DNA of 64,000 nucleotides from Scenedesmus sp. PABB004 (taxonomy: Eukaryota): the NCBI GenBank assembly GCA_014905635.1, contig JABVCE010000022.1, forward strand, positions 1 to 64,000, given 5' to 3'. Positions 11,855 through 24,474 of this stretch are shown piece after piece (the stretch's first letter is position 1; every line of letters begins with the position of its first letter). Under the pieces are notes generated by a model. The model was given only the letters and a program-made list of their open reading frames with translations. It did no database searches and was not told the DNA's origin. The translations under genes and the position numbers were made by a program.

Positions 11855-12737
11855 GCAGCCCGGGTGGCGCGCGCTCTCGGGGCTGCGAGCGAGCGCGCTT
11901 TCGCAGGGGAGCAGCAAGCAGGAAGCAGCAGTGTTACCTCGACGACGACGACAGACGACGGACGACTGAAACCACGGGCACTGTTGGGCGTCGCGCCCGC
12001 CGCACATAAACAGGCGAGGAGGAAGCAAAGCAAACGGTTTCGGACGGGCGAAGCAGTTTTATCAAGAGCGGTGCACGGCGTTGCGGCTGCCGCTCAAGCG
12101 CAGCGGCGAAGCACGTGCATGCTCAGTGGTGTGCGACCGTGAGTCCTGTTCGGTGTGTGTGTGTTTTGTTGTCCCTTTCGAGCGCAAGCTTGCATGCAAG
12201 CCGGACGACGCAGCCCAACTCCCGCAATGTAGGAAGCTCGGGCCTCTCGGCGCCAAGCGCCGCGGCCAGCGCGCGGCGCAGCAGGCACGAGCGGCAACGC
12301 GCTCGCGCGTGCGCGCGTGCGCAGCGGGGGGCGCTCGGCGCAGCGGCGGGCGCGGGGCGGCCGCCGCCGACAGATGCTGTTCAGGCGCGCCGGGGCGGCG
12401 GCGCGCTGCCGCCGCCGACACGTGCGCGCCCGCGTGCGTCACTCACTCGGGCGCGCGGGCACTGGGTGCGGGTGCCCGCGCGCGGAGGCAAAGCAAAGGC
12501 TAGCCGCTGGCATCCAAGGGGGGTTCAGCCCTCTCCCAGCTCTCGCATGATGATGAGGGATGGTGGTGTGGCGCGGCCGGCGGCGCGCACGTCGGGGCGT
12601 GCGCGCCGCGCGCCGCACGTGCGTTGCGTCGCGTGTCCAGTCATCGCCGCGCAGTGCCCGACGCCCCGACACGTCCCCTCTCCCCCGCCCTCCGGGGCGG
12701 CGCGGCGCGCCCGCGGGCGGCGCGCCGGCGCCGGCGC

Positions 12738-13749
12738 TCACATGCCAATGACCATCGCGGCCGGCGCCGCGGCGAGCGCGCACGCGCCGTGCTGCAGCGT
12801 GGCGAGCATGGCCTGCAGGCGCGACACCTCGTCCTTGAGCCCCGCGTTCTCGAGCTCCAGCTGCCGCATGTACTCGTTCTTGCGCTGCCGCGAGCGGTGC
12901 GCGCTCTCGCGGCGCTTCTGCTTGATGCGCTCGACCGCCGCCTCGACCTCGGCCGCGCTGCGCTGCCCGCGCGGCCGGCGCACCGCGGCGGAGCCCGTCG
13001 ACGGCGCGGCCGGCGGCGCGGCCGCCATGCCCGCGGGCAGGCCGCACGCAAACGCGTGCGCGGGCAGGCAGGCCGCCGCCGGCGCGGGCGCCAGCATGCC
13101 GCCGGCGGGGGCGCCGCCGCAGACGTACGCGGGCATCGCGCCGGAGCACATCGCCTGCTCCGCCAGCGCGGCCGCCGCCGTGGCCTCCATCGCGGCCGCG
13201 GCCGCCGCCGCCGCGGCCGCGGGGTCGAAGGGCGCAAACGCGCCGTACTGCGGCGCCGCCGCCGCGGGCGCGGCGGGCGCGCGCGCCGCGACCTGGGCCT
13301 GGAACAGCTGCACCAGGTCGTAGCTGGAGGCGTCGCTGAAGCCGCCGCTGGCGCTGGGCTTGTCGTCGCCCGCGGGCGCGCCGGCGGCGGGATCGCCGCC
13401 CGCGGCGCTGCTGTCGCTGTCGCGCGCCGCCAGGCCGGCCGCCAGGGCCTCGCCCGGGGCGGGCAGGAACTCGTCCTCCGGAAGGTCGTCGATGGCGTCA
13501 AACCTGGCCGCCGGGCGGGCGCCGCAAGGGGTCGACAATCGGGTCGGCAGGAGCGGCTGGGCTGGCATGAGCGCCCCCCGCGCCGCGCGCCGCGCCCGCG
13601 GCCGCCCGGCGCAGGCCCCCCTCCGCTGCACGCGACCCGGGGCGTCGGGAACCGCACCAGCTGAAGCCGTCGTCCACCGCCAGCAGCGCGTCGAAGCCCT
13701 CCTCGCCCCCCGCCTGGCGCGGGGGCGCGCTGGTGCTGAAGCGGCACAT
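12738..13749 (-). CDS. bZIP transcription factor, 2 exons (13749-13658, 13503-12738)
   Basis: Basic region ERIKQKRRESAHRSRQRKNEY followed by leucine zipper MRQLELENAGLKDEVSRLQAML. Confidence 0.88.
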
Positions 13750-13782
13750 TTCGGCTGCTCGAGCGGCCGCCGGGCCGGGTGG

Positions 13783-14770
13783 CGGGCTGCGGCGGCGCGC
13801 GGCCGCGCGGGCGCGCGGGGCGGCACAGGCTTAGCAACCGATGCCGGCGCCGGACGGCGCGGGCGCAGAGGGTGCGGCACGGCGAGATCTTGTGCGTCCG
13901 GAGCGCGGGGAGTGTCGGGCGCAGCGGAGCGGCGCAGAGGAGGCCGCCCACCGCGCTGGCTCCGGGTGTCAGGGCCCAGGCTGCCGGCGGGCCCAGGTCC
14001 CCCAGCCCTGCGGCGGGCCGCGCGCGCCTGCCGATCGGCTCGGCAGCGCCAGCACGCCGCCCGCGCTGCGCTTGCACGCGCGGGAGCGCAGCTCCGACAG
14101 GGCGCGGCCGCGCGACGCACGCGGTCGCGCGCGCCGCTCGAGCAGCTCGGGCAGGCCGCGCCGGCGGGGCCGCGCCGCGCCAAGGCGGCTGTCGGCACCC
14201 GCGCCGCGCCGCGCCCGGCGCGCGGCGCGCGCGCGGCGCCGCCCAGCCTGGCGGGTGCGCGGCAGCCGCCCTTGGCGCCCCACACACCAGCAGACGCAGG
14301 CACGCGTGGGCCAGCCAGCAGAGCAGGCGCGCGCTCGCCGCCGACCCTGCCGTGGGCGTCACTGGCGCCGCCGGCGTCCTGCGGCGCTCTCCCCCCGCCG
14401 CACGCTGGGGGGCAGGCCCGGCGGCCCCTGCCGCCGGGCCACGCTGGGGCGCACGCCGGGAGCAGCCGCCCGGCCAGGCAGCGCGGGCCAGGCGCGGGTA
14501 ACACAGGCTGCCGGTCAAGCTGGCGCGGCTCGTCGCTGCGCAGGGGCGCTGGCGGGCGCGCGACGCGCCGCCCACGCACTCGGGGGGTGCCCGCGATCGT
14601 CGGATCCGGGCGAGCTGCAGCGCACAGCCCGGGCTGGGCCCGCCGCAGCCGGCGCGCGCCACTGTTTGCCGCCGACGCCTGCTCCTCCAGTGCGTGCAGC
14701 ATGCGAGTGCCGCGCGCGTGACGCCGCACAGCCGGCGTGAGGCGACGGCGCCGTCGGAGGGCGCGCGGGC
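13783..14770 (-). repeat. Right arm of inverted repeat; covers nearly the whole divergent intergenic (promoter) region between bZIP and the RAP gene
   Basis: Reverse complement of 10871-11854; lies between ATG 13749 (-) and ATG 14793 (+). Confidence 0.95.
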
Positions 14771-14792
14771 CATCGCCCACGCCCCGCGCGCC

Positions 14793-16786
14793 ATGGACGC
14801 GGGCTGCCGCCCAATTGGGGCGCCCACGCGCTCCCTGGCAGCTCAGAGCAGCCGTCACGCCGCGGCGCCGGCGCCAGCGAGGTGCGCACGCGGCGCGCGG
14901 CCCGGCGGCGCTGCTGCTGCTGCTGCCGCTGCTGCCGCGCAGCCCCCCTCACGCCACCTGCCGCAGGAGCCGCGGCCCCGGCAGCACGCATGCGCAGCAG
15001 CAACGTCGCCGGCGCGGCACCTCGACAACGGTGCGCGTGGGGCCGGCTCGGCCGCCGCGGCTCGCCGCCGCCGCGCGTGCCTCCTCCCACCCGCGCCGCG
15101 CGCGCTGCCGCAGGAGCGCCGCGCGGCGGTGGCGCTGCTGTCGGACGCGGACGTGCTGCTGCCGGCGCCGGACGACCCGGCGCTGGACTCGCTGGTCGAC
15201 CGCTGGCTGTCCAACCGGCGCGCGAGCACGTCCGCCCCGGGCGACGCGCCGCTCGGCGCCGCGGCGCGCGCCGAGCCCGGCGGCGGCGCGGTGGCGCCAG
15301 CGGCGGTGGCAGCGGCGTTTGAGTCGCTGCTGGGCCCCGTTTGCATGACGCTCGACTCTCTGTCGACGATGGAGGTGTGCGCTGCTCGCTCGCGCGAGGC
15401 CAGGCCAGGCACCCGCGGCGGCTGCCCGCGTCCGTGCGACGCCGCGGCACGGCCGAGCCGCGCGCCGCCGTTCGCCCGCCGCCCGCCGCCGCTGCTCGCA
15501 GGACGGCGACGAGGCGGACGTGCTGACCGACTCGCTCGTGCACCTCGCCGGCAGCCTGCAGGAGCTCGCTGCGCTGGCGGGCGCGCTCGCGGACGCGCCG
15601 CCCGCGGCCGCAGACGGCGGCGGCGGCGGCGCGCAGGGCGCGTTTGCGGAGCAGCTGGCGGCACTGCTCGACGCCGCGGCGCGGCAGGTGGCGGGGCTGC
15701 AGGACGGCGCGCTGCTCAACCTGCTTGGCATTGCTGCCGTGCTGGCGAGCCCCGCCGCGCCCGACGCCCCGCCGGCTGGGGGCGGGCAGGCCGGCGGCGC
15801 GCCTGCGGTGGCGGTGACCGCCGCGGCGGCGGTGCGCGCGGCGCTCGGCGAGCTGTCGGCGCGGCCCGCCGCCGCGGAGGGCCTCGACGGCGGCCAGCTC
15901 ACGTCGCTGTGCGTCGTGCTGCGCCGCCTGGGGCGCCTGGGGCTGGCGCGCGCGGTGCCGGCGGCGCTGACCGCGTCGGCGTACGAGCAGCTGGCGCAGC
16001 AGGCGCCGGGCCTCGCGGCGCCGCAGCTCGCCGTGTGCGTCTGGTGCCTCAGCAGCGGCGGCGCCGTGCCGCCGGCGGCCACGCTCGCCGCCGTGCTGGC
16101 CGCCGGCAGCGCGGCGCTGGCGGGGGGCGCGCTGGACGGCGTCTCGCTGCGCCGCATGTGCGCCGCGCTGCTGCGCCTGCGCGCCTTCTTGGCGCCTGCG
16201 GCTGCGGCGGGCGCGGCGGGCGCCGCCGCGCCGGGCAGGGTGCAGCAGGCGCTGGCCGACTTTGTTGCGGCGGCGGCGCAGCACGCGGCGGCCGCGCTCG
16301 CCGGGGAGCGCAGCGGCGGCGCTGCCGCCAGCGGGGCCAAGGCCGCAGCAGCGAGCGCGGCGTCGGCCGCAGCCGCCGGCAAGCTGGCGGCGGCGGTGGC
16401 GCAGCTCTGTGCGGCGTACCCGTGCGACGCCGACGCGGCGGCCGCGCTCGCGCGAGGCGTTGCGGGCTGGCTGCTGGCGGCCGCGGCCAGCCCCGGGGAC
16501 GGCGTGTGCGACGCCGCAGCTGCAGCGGGGTACCTGCTGCCGCACTGGCACGTGCTCCCGGCAGCGCAGCAGCAGCAGCTTGCAGCGGCCGTGTACGCCC
16601 CGCTGGGCGAGCAGCAGGTGCAGCAGCAGCAGGAGCCGCAGCAGGAGCGGCTGGGCTGGGCGCCGGCCGTCGCCTGCCTCGGCGCGGCGGCGTTCGGCGC
16701 GTCTGGCCCGGCCGTGCCTGTAGGCGCGGCGGGGAGCGCGGCGGCGCTGGACCTGCTGGCGGAGCAGCAGCTCTGGGCGTTTGAGC

Positions 16787-16825
<39 letters not shown>

Positions 16826-19800
16826 TGCTGCAGCAGGCCCTGGAGGGCCACGCGCTGTTGCTGCGGGCCCTCGCCGCGGCTGGTCACGGCAGCTCGCCGC
16901 ACCTGGCAGCGCTGTGCGCGCAGGCCGGGGCGGGCGGCGCGGCCGGCGGCGCATTCGCCGCCGACGCGGCGCTCGCACTGCTGCAGCTGCGCCCGGGCGG
17001 CTGGGAGGCGGAGCTTGTGCAGCTGGAGTCGGCGGCGCTGGGCGGCGAGGCCGTGGCGCAGCTCCCCCTGCGCACCCTGCTGCGGCTGACCGCTGCAGCG
17101 GCGCCCGCGGGCCAGGCGGCGAGCAGCCTGGCGGCAGCGGTGCGGCAGCAGCTGCTGCGGCCCGGCGCGGTCGCGCCAGGCGCCGCCGGCAGCGCCGCCG
17201 CCGAGCTGCTGGTGCTGCTAGCCGGCGCGGAGCCCGCGCCGGCGCCCGGCGGCGACGCCGCGGCGCAGCAGTGCATGCGCTGCATGGCTGCGCTGGCGCG
17301 CGACCACCGCGCCCTGCTGCCGGCGCAGCTCGCGCCGCTGCTGCGGGCGCTGGGGGCGCTGCACGCGGCGGCGGCCGCGGCTGCCGCGTCCAGCGCAGGC
17401 GGCCGCTGGCAGCTGCTGGACGGCGGCGGCCGTCCGGTCGCGACGCACGCGGCGCTGCACCGCGAGGCGCTGGCCGCGGTCGCGCTGCAGCTGGAGGACG
17501 CCGCGCCCTACCTCAGCCCGGGGCAGCTGAGCGACTGCGTGCGGGGGCTCGCGCGCCTGCGCAGCCGGCCGCCGCTCGCGCTCGCGGCCGTCGTGGGCGT
17601 CGCGTCCAGCCGGCTGCAGCACTTTGCGCCCGGGCAGCTCGTGTGGCTGCTGTGGGGGCTGGCGAAGCTGCGCTTCAGGCCGGAGCCGGCGTTCACGCGC
17701 ATGCTGCGCGCCGCAGTCGAGCGCGCGGCCGCCGGCGACGGCGGCGGCACCGAGAGGCTCGACCGGCTCGTGGCGCTGCTGTGGGTCGCCGCCCAGCGCG
17801 GCCTGCACAGCCCCGACGTGCCGGCGCTGCTGGGCCGGGTGCTGGACCACCCCCAGCGCCCCAGCGCGCCGCAGCTGTCTGGCACGGCCTGGGCGTTCGC
17901 GCACCTCGCCACGGCACCGGGCGCGCAGGCGCAGCTGACCGCGCAGCGCGAGCCGCTGCTGCAGTGGCTGGAGCTGGGCCTCGCGGCCGTGGCTGACGGC
18001 GGCGGGGAGCTGCCCCTGCAGAGCGTGGTCAACGTCACGTGGGCAATGCGCAAACTCGGTGAGTGAGGGCGCGCGCTGGGCCAGCGCGCGCGCGGCGCAC
18101 GACCACCCGCGTGACCCGCGTGCCGCCGCCCCGCCCGCAGGCCACCGCCCGTCGGGGCCCGCGCAGGCGGTGCTGCTACAGGCGGCCCTGGCGCAGCGCG
18201 GCGCGATGACGCCCGCCGAGCTGTCCTGCCTGGTGTTCTGCGCGGCCGGCTGGGGGCGGCCGCTGGAGGGCAGGCAGCTGCAGCAGCTGGAGGCGCAGCT
18301 GGCGGCGGGCCTGGGCGCCGGCGGCGAGCCCGGCGGCGCCGCGGCCTGGGACGGCCCTGCGCTCTGCAGCTGCGTGGCGGGGCTGGTGGCGCTGGGCGCG
18401 CAGCTGGAGCAGGGCACGCTGCAGGCGGCCGAGGCGCGGCTGACGCAGCTCATGCCTGCGGCCGGCGGGCCCGGGGGCGGCGCGCGGCTGCCAGCGGCCG
18501 GCGGCGGCAGGGCGGCGCCGGGCGCGGCGCCGCCGTCGGCGGCGGACCTGGCCATGTTCGGCACGGCCGCCAGCGCGTGCAGCTTCACGCCGCAGCGGCT
18601 GCTGGCGCAGCTGCGCGAGTGGCTGCTGCTGCAGCTCGCGCGGCGCGGGCCCGCGGCGCTGCTGAAGCTGCGCAGCGCGGCGCCGGCCCGCGCCGCCGCC
18701 AGCGACGGCGGCGCCGGCGGCGCCGGCGGCGGCACCGCGGCGCGGCAGCACGCGCACGCCGGCGTGCTGGTCAGCCTGGCGCAGCTGCTGCGCGCGACGC
18801 GCTGCGCCGACGCGCCGCTGCTGCGGCTGCTCGAGGCCGCGGCGCGCTCGTCGGCGGTGGCGCAGCAGCTGTCGGGCCGGGAGCTGGTCATGGTGCTGAC
18901 GAGCTTCCGGCGCCTCGGGCACTTCCCTGCCGACTGGTGGGCGCACGGCCTGCGGCGCCTGCTGGCGCGGCACGCGGCCGGCCTCGCGGCGCGGGACTGC
19001 GTGGAGCTGCTGGAGACGCTGGCGGCGTGGCGCGAGCGGCCGGGCGTGGCTGGCACGCACGTGCGGCAGACGGTGCTGCCGCGCCTGGCGCACGCGCTGC
19101 TCGGCCAGGCGGCCGCGCCGCCGCGGCGCGCGGCGGCCCGAGCGGCCGCCGCCGCCGCCGCTGCTGAGCAGCGCGGCACCGGCAGCGACGACAGCAGCAG
19201 CGGCAGCTGGAGCGACGACGGCAGCGACGCGGCCGCCGGCGCCGCAGACGGCGGCAGCAGCGCGGACGGCGCAGCAGCGACCGCCGCCACGCCGCGGGCG
19301 GCATCCGCTGCGGCCGCTGCCGCAGCAGCAGCAGCATCGTCAGCGGCAGCGGCCGCCGCGCCCGTGGCGGGCCTGGGCGGGGCCCAGGTGCTGAGCCTGC
19401 TGCGCAGCATGGTGCTGCTGGGCCTCGGCGGCAGCGAGCCGCACCAGCAGCTGCAGGCGCAGGCGCTCGCGCGCCTGCAGACGGTGTGGGGCGGGCTGGA
19501 CGCCAGCCAGCGCGTCGCGGCGCTGCACGCGGCCGTGCGGCTGAAGCACGACGTCACGCACCTGCTCGGCGAGGCCCCGCAGCAGGCGGGCGCGAGCGGG
19601 GGCGCGGCGGCGCTCGCGCCGGCGCTGACCAGCGCCAGCGCGGGCGCGCGCGTGCTGTGGGCATTCGGCGCGCTCGGCAAGCACCCCGGCCCGGAGCTGC
19701 TGGCCGCCGCGCTCGGCGCCGTCGCGGCGGCTGGCGGCGGCGATGGCGGCGACAGCGACGGCGGCGCCGCCGCGCAGCCGCTGGCGCTCCGCGAGGCGTC

Positions 19801-20727
19801 CAACGCCCTGTACGCGGCCGCCGTGCTGCAGGAGCTGTCGCACCCCGGCGCGCTGCAGCTGGTGGAGCAGCTGCAGGCGGCCGGCGGCGCGCTGCTGCAG
19901 CACCCGCAGTTCCCGCGGCAGGCCCGGCAGCTGGCGGCCTGCCTGCTCGCGTCGCAGGCGGCGGCGGCGGCGGCCGCGCCGCCCGGCGGCCAGACGGCGC
20001 TGGCGCCGCCGGGCGGCCAGCCCTCCAGCCCCTGGCTGGGGCTCGGCCGCGACGTGCAGCAGCGCCTGCTCGAGGGCTGGCGGCGCGACGTGCTGCTGCG
20101 CAGCCAGCGCAAGCCGCACCGGCTGCAGCAGGAGCTGGTGCTGTGCCTGCGCCAGCTGGGCCTGCGCTGCCGCGCGAGCGCGGTCACGCCGGACGCGGCC
20201 GTCTGCATCGACGTCGCCGCGACGTCGCCGCAAGGCGAGCTGCTGGCGGTGGAGATCCTCGGGCCCCACAACGCTGCGGCCAACACGCAGCGCCCGCTCG
20301 GCCCGCGCGCCTCAAGTGGCGGCTGCTCGCGGCGCGCGGCTACGCGCTCGTCATCATCAACGCCTGGCAGTGGGCCGCGCTCGACGGGCCCACGCCGCGC
20401 CGCGCGAGCCTGGACGAGGCCGACGCCGCGCGCGCGCGCGCGCGGCGCCGGCGCCGGCGCCGCGGCGCAGCTCGCGCCCGACGGCGGCGAGGTGTTCAGC
20501 GAGAAGCTCCTCTTCCTCCAGGCGCGCCTCGCCGGCCCGCTCGCGGCGGGGCTGGTCGCCGCGACGCGGCGCGACTCGGCGGAGCGCGGCGGCGGCGGCG
20601 GGGGCCGCGCAGGCGCGGCGGCGCCGGGGCCCGACGGCCCGGCGGCGGCGGCGGCGGCCGGCCGCCGCGCGCGGGGCTGTGGCAGCTGCAGCGGCCCGCC
20701 GCGCCGCCGCCGCCGCGCGGGGGGTGA
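14793..20727 (+). CDS. Large Ala-rich helical-repeat (OPR-like) protein with C-terminal RAP domain; likely organellar RNA metabolism
   Basis: OPR-like units (FAPGQLVWLLWGLAKLRFRP, MTPAELSCLVF, LSGRELVMVLTSFRRLGHFP) and RAP domain IDVA...LAVEILGPH...RLKWRLLAARGYALVIINAWQW. Apparent frameshifts near 20305 and 20430; the 3' end is uncertain. Confidence 0.75.
16788..16824 (+). repeat. (CAG)n poly-Gln tract within the RAP gene
   Basis: Direct reading. Confidence 0.85.
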
Positions 20728-21482
20728 CGGCGGCGAGCGCTGCGGTGTGTGGAGGGCTCGGTGGGGGCGCGGACCGGGGCTGCGGGAGCAAGGGCGCGCG
20801 GCGCCTCGGCCGGCCCGCGCGTGCGCCCGCGCGTGCGCCCGCGCGTGCCGGCACCTTTCGCGGCCGCGCCGGACAGCCCCCGGTGACCTCAGCTGATGCC
20901 CCCCTGCGCCCGCTCCGGCCGCGCGGCCACCGCCCAGCCGCGCTGCGCCTGCGGCGCCCGGCGGCGCGCACCGGCCCGGCGCGCCGCGCGCCCCGCCTGC
21001 GCGGCCCCGGTGCCGCGTCCGGGCGTCGCAGCTCACAGCGCGGCGCAGCGGCCGCGTCGCAGCGGCCGCGTGCGGATGGGCTGTCGGCGGGTTCGGGCCA
21101 GAATGACCAGGTCCCGGCCCCCGCACCCCGCGCCCCTGCGCCCACAACGCGCCGGTGCCGAGGTCTTGCTAGTGCGCGTCGCGGCTGCCCGCCACGGCCA
21201 CCCCCGCGCAGTCAACAGGGCCAGCGCCCGCGCCCCGCTCTGCCGCACTGCGCCGCGCGAGCCCACACGCCGCGCCGCCCCCTGATCGGCGGCACTGAGG
21301 GCGTGGACGGCCGCGCGAGAGAGGCAGGCGGCGCGGAGGCAGCGCAGTAGCAGACCGGTGCGCGCGGTGGAGGGGGCCAATTGAGCCGCGCCCCTGCCTC
21401 CCAGCGCTCTCACCCTGTTCGGACGCCTCAACGCCGCGCCGCGGCCGCCCCGCGGCGCCCGCAGGCGAGCGCCGGCAGGCCG

Positions 21483-23120
21483 ATGGCGCTCCGCGGCGCC
21501 CTTGCGCGCGCCGGCGGGGCGGCCAGCAGCGCCGCCGGCCCGATGCGCGGCACGCCCTCGGCACGGAGCTCACCGGCCGGCCGCAGCAGCGGCAGCGGCG
21601 CCGGCGCCGCCGGCGCGGCGCGGCGCGCGGGCGCGCTCGCGCCGCCCGTGCGCGTCGCGTACGCCGACGTCGCCGCGGTCGCGGCGGAGCCGTTGGCGGC
21701 GCCGCCGCAGCGCAAGTACGTGCTGGGCGAGCTGCTGGGGTCGGGCACGGCGGCGCACGTGCACGTGGGAACGGACACCCTGACCGGCGCGCAGCACGCG
21801 GTCAAGATCCTGCCCAAGTCAAAGGGCACGCGCGACCGCACCGCGCTCATCAAGGGCGAGGTGCGTGTGTGCGCGCATGTGCTGTGTGCTTGTGCGGTGG
21901 GGTGGAGGGGTACCGCGGCTGGGGAGACGGCTGGGGAGACGGAGACGACCGCGCGCCGCGCGCGCGCTCGTGCGCCTCACACGCCCGCCTGCGCCTCCGC
22001 GCGCAGATTGCGATCAGCAAGCGCCTGCGCAACTGCCGCCACGCGGTGCAGCTGGTGGACACGTTTGAGGACGAGCGCAACATCTACGTCGTGCAGGAGC
22101 TCTGCTGCGGCGGCGACCTGGCAGACCTGATGACGGTGCGCGGGCGGAGCGCACGGGGCGCACGCGCGGGGCGCGCGCGCCGCTCCCCGCCCGGCGCATG
22201 CGCGCGCCGCCGGCCGCCGACCGCGCCGACCGCCCTGACCGCCGCGCGCCCCGCAGGCGCAGGAGGGCCGGCTGAGCCAGCGCGAGGCCGCGACGATCAT
22301 CACGTGCGTGCTGGAGTTCCTCGCCGACTGCCACGCGCGCAGCATCTGCTACGGCGACGTCAAGCCAAACAAGTGAGCCCGCCCGCCTCGGCCGTACGCC
22401 GCGCACGCCGCACCCGCCGCCGCCGGCGCTCACCCGCGCTGCGCCGCGCTGTCGCCCCACGCGCGCGCCGCAGCTTTGTGCTGCGCTCGCTGTACCCTTC
22501 GATCGCGCACCTGCTCGACCCGAGCAAGCCGCGCGGGCTGCTGGAGGTCGTCGCGGTCGACTTTGGCTGCTGCCAGGCCATGGACGACGCGTGCCTGCAG
22601 GACAGCAAGGTCACCGGCACGCCGCTCTACATGGCGCCCGAGAACCTTCGCGGCTGCCACGGCGTCGAGGTCGACGTCTGGGCCGCCGGCGTCATGGTGC
22701 GGCCCGCAGCGCGTCCCGCCGCCGCGCCCGCGCCCGCGCCGCACCCCGCCGCGCGCCCCGCCGCCGCGCGCCGCCGCCGCCGCGCCCGCGCCGCCGCCTC
22801 ACACGCGCCCGCCCGCCGCCGCCGCCGCCGCCGCGCCGCGCCGTGCGTCGCGCGCGCAGCTCTACCAGCTGCTGTCGGACCGCTTCCCGTTCTGGGACGT
22901 CGACCTGCACCAGATGGAGGGCCTCGGCGGGTCGGCGATCCGCGACGGCATCCTGCACGGCCCCGTGCTCTTCCCTTACCAGCCCTGGAGCACCGACATC
23001 CACCCCGCGGCGCAGGACCTCATACGCGCGATGCTCACGCGCGACCCGGCCGCGCGCATCACCGCGGCCGACGCGCTCGCGCACCCGTGGCTCGCGGCCG
23101 CGCGCGCCGGCGAGCAGTGA
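21483..23120 (+). CDS. Ser/Thr protein kinase (CAMK/CDPK-like fold, no EF hands), N-terminal transit-peptide-like extension
   Basis: LGSGTAAHV, AVKIL, ELCCGGDL, YGDVKPNN, DFG, GTPLYMAPE, DVWAAGV, DPAARITAADALAHPW. Confidence 0.9.
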
Positions 23121-23142
23121 GCGGCGGCGGGCGCGAGAGAGG

Positions 23143-23174
<32 letters not shown>

Positions 23175-24474
23175 GCGGCGCCCCAGCGGCAGCGCGCGCG
23201 CGCGCACGCACGCGGCGACGGGCCCGCGCCCGACGCCATCATCGGGCATCAGGCATCAGGAGTAGTGGAGTAGCCACGAGGAGCGCAGTCAGGCCGAGGA
23301 GCGCAACGCAATTGTTCGGCAGCACTGCACGGGGTTGGCCCCACCGACCAGGCGTTGACCGAGCGGGGGGGAAGGGGAGGGGCGGGGGCGGACCCCGGAC
23401 GGGACCAGAGTCTCAGTTGGCAAGGGGTCGGTTGGCGCGCCTGCCTGCGGGCTGCACCGCGCGAGAGTGCGGCATGCCGCTGCGTGCGTCACGAGGCGTC
23501 GAGAGGTGGAGGAGGAGGCTGCCAGTGCAGCCACGGCCGCGGCACCGCCCGCGAGCCCCCTGCTGCGCATGCGAGCGAGGGCCGGAGCGTGCCGGGGTCT
23601 GGTGTGGCCGCCGCGTGGCCGCGTGCGCGCGCGGGCCGAGGTCGACGCAACCGAGGGCGGCGGGGGCGCGGAACGCACGCACGCGCGCGCGGCGCGGGCG
23701 GGGAGCGCGCAGCACACGGGCGCGCGTGCGCCGTGTGCTGCGCAGGGTGCGCGCGGTCGAGCGCACTTGGTCTATTGATTGATTTCGACGGCGGCGCGAG
23801 CGGCCGGCCCCGGGGCACGGGCGCGGCCTCGCCCCGCGCGCGCCTCGGCGTCGCCGGCAGCACTGCCCGGCCGAGTACACTGTCGACTGTGCCGGCGGCC
23901 GCACGCGCGGCGCACAATGCGCCGCGCGCGCGCGCCTCCCGCCCCGGACAAATGGCGAGCGGCGCGCCTTTGGCGGCAGCCGCTGGCCGCATAAGGGGGG
24001 CGCCGCCCCCCAGTTTTTGGCCCCGCACTGCCGTGCCCCGTCCGTCGGCTGACCAACAAGGCCTGGGCTACCAGCCAGGCCGGGCGCGCGCGCGTGCGCG
24101 CGCCATCCCTTTGCCTGTGTAACGTGCTGCCTGTCGCCGCGCGAGGCCGGCCGATCCGCGGCGACGCCGTTACACAACGCCGCCGCCGCCAGCGACAGCA
24201 ACGGCTCTAACCTCGCCGCTCGCTCGCTCGCGCCGCCGCCGCGCGCGCCTGCAGCTGCAGGCCGTGCGGTCGGCTCGCCGTCGCCGCCGCGCCAGCCGCC
24301 GTGCGCCGCCGGCCCGCGCCCCGCCGCCCGGGCCGGGCGAGGGGGCCGCTCGCGCTCAGCGCGCTGAGCGCAGCGCGCCATCAGCGGCGCGCGGTCGCGC
24401 GCGCTGCCGCGCCCAATCTACAGTACAGGGTGGGGACCCGCTGCTGCTGCTCGCCCGCCGCGCCGCGCCGCCGC

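Noticed and set aside
10871..14770. Autonomous DNA transposon
   Set aside because: No transposase-like ORF in the arms or spacer and no target-site duplication visible; kept only as an inverted-repeat finding.
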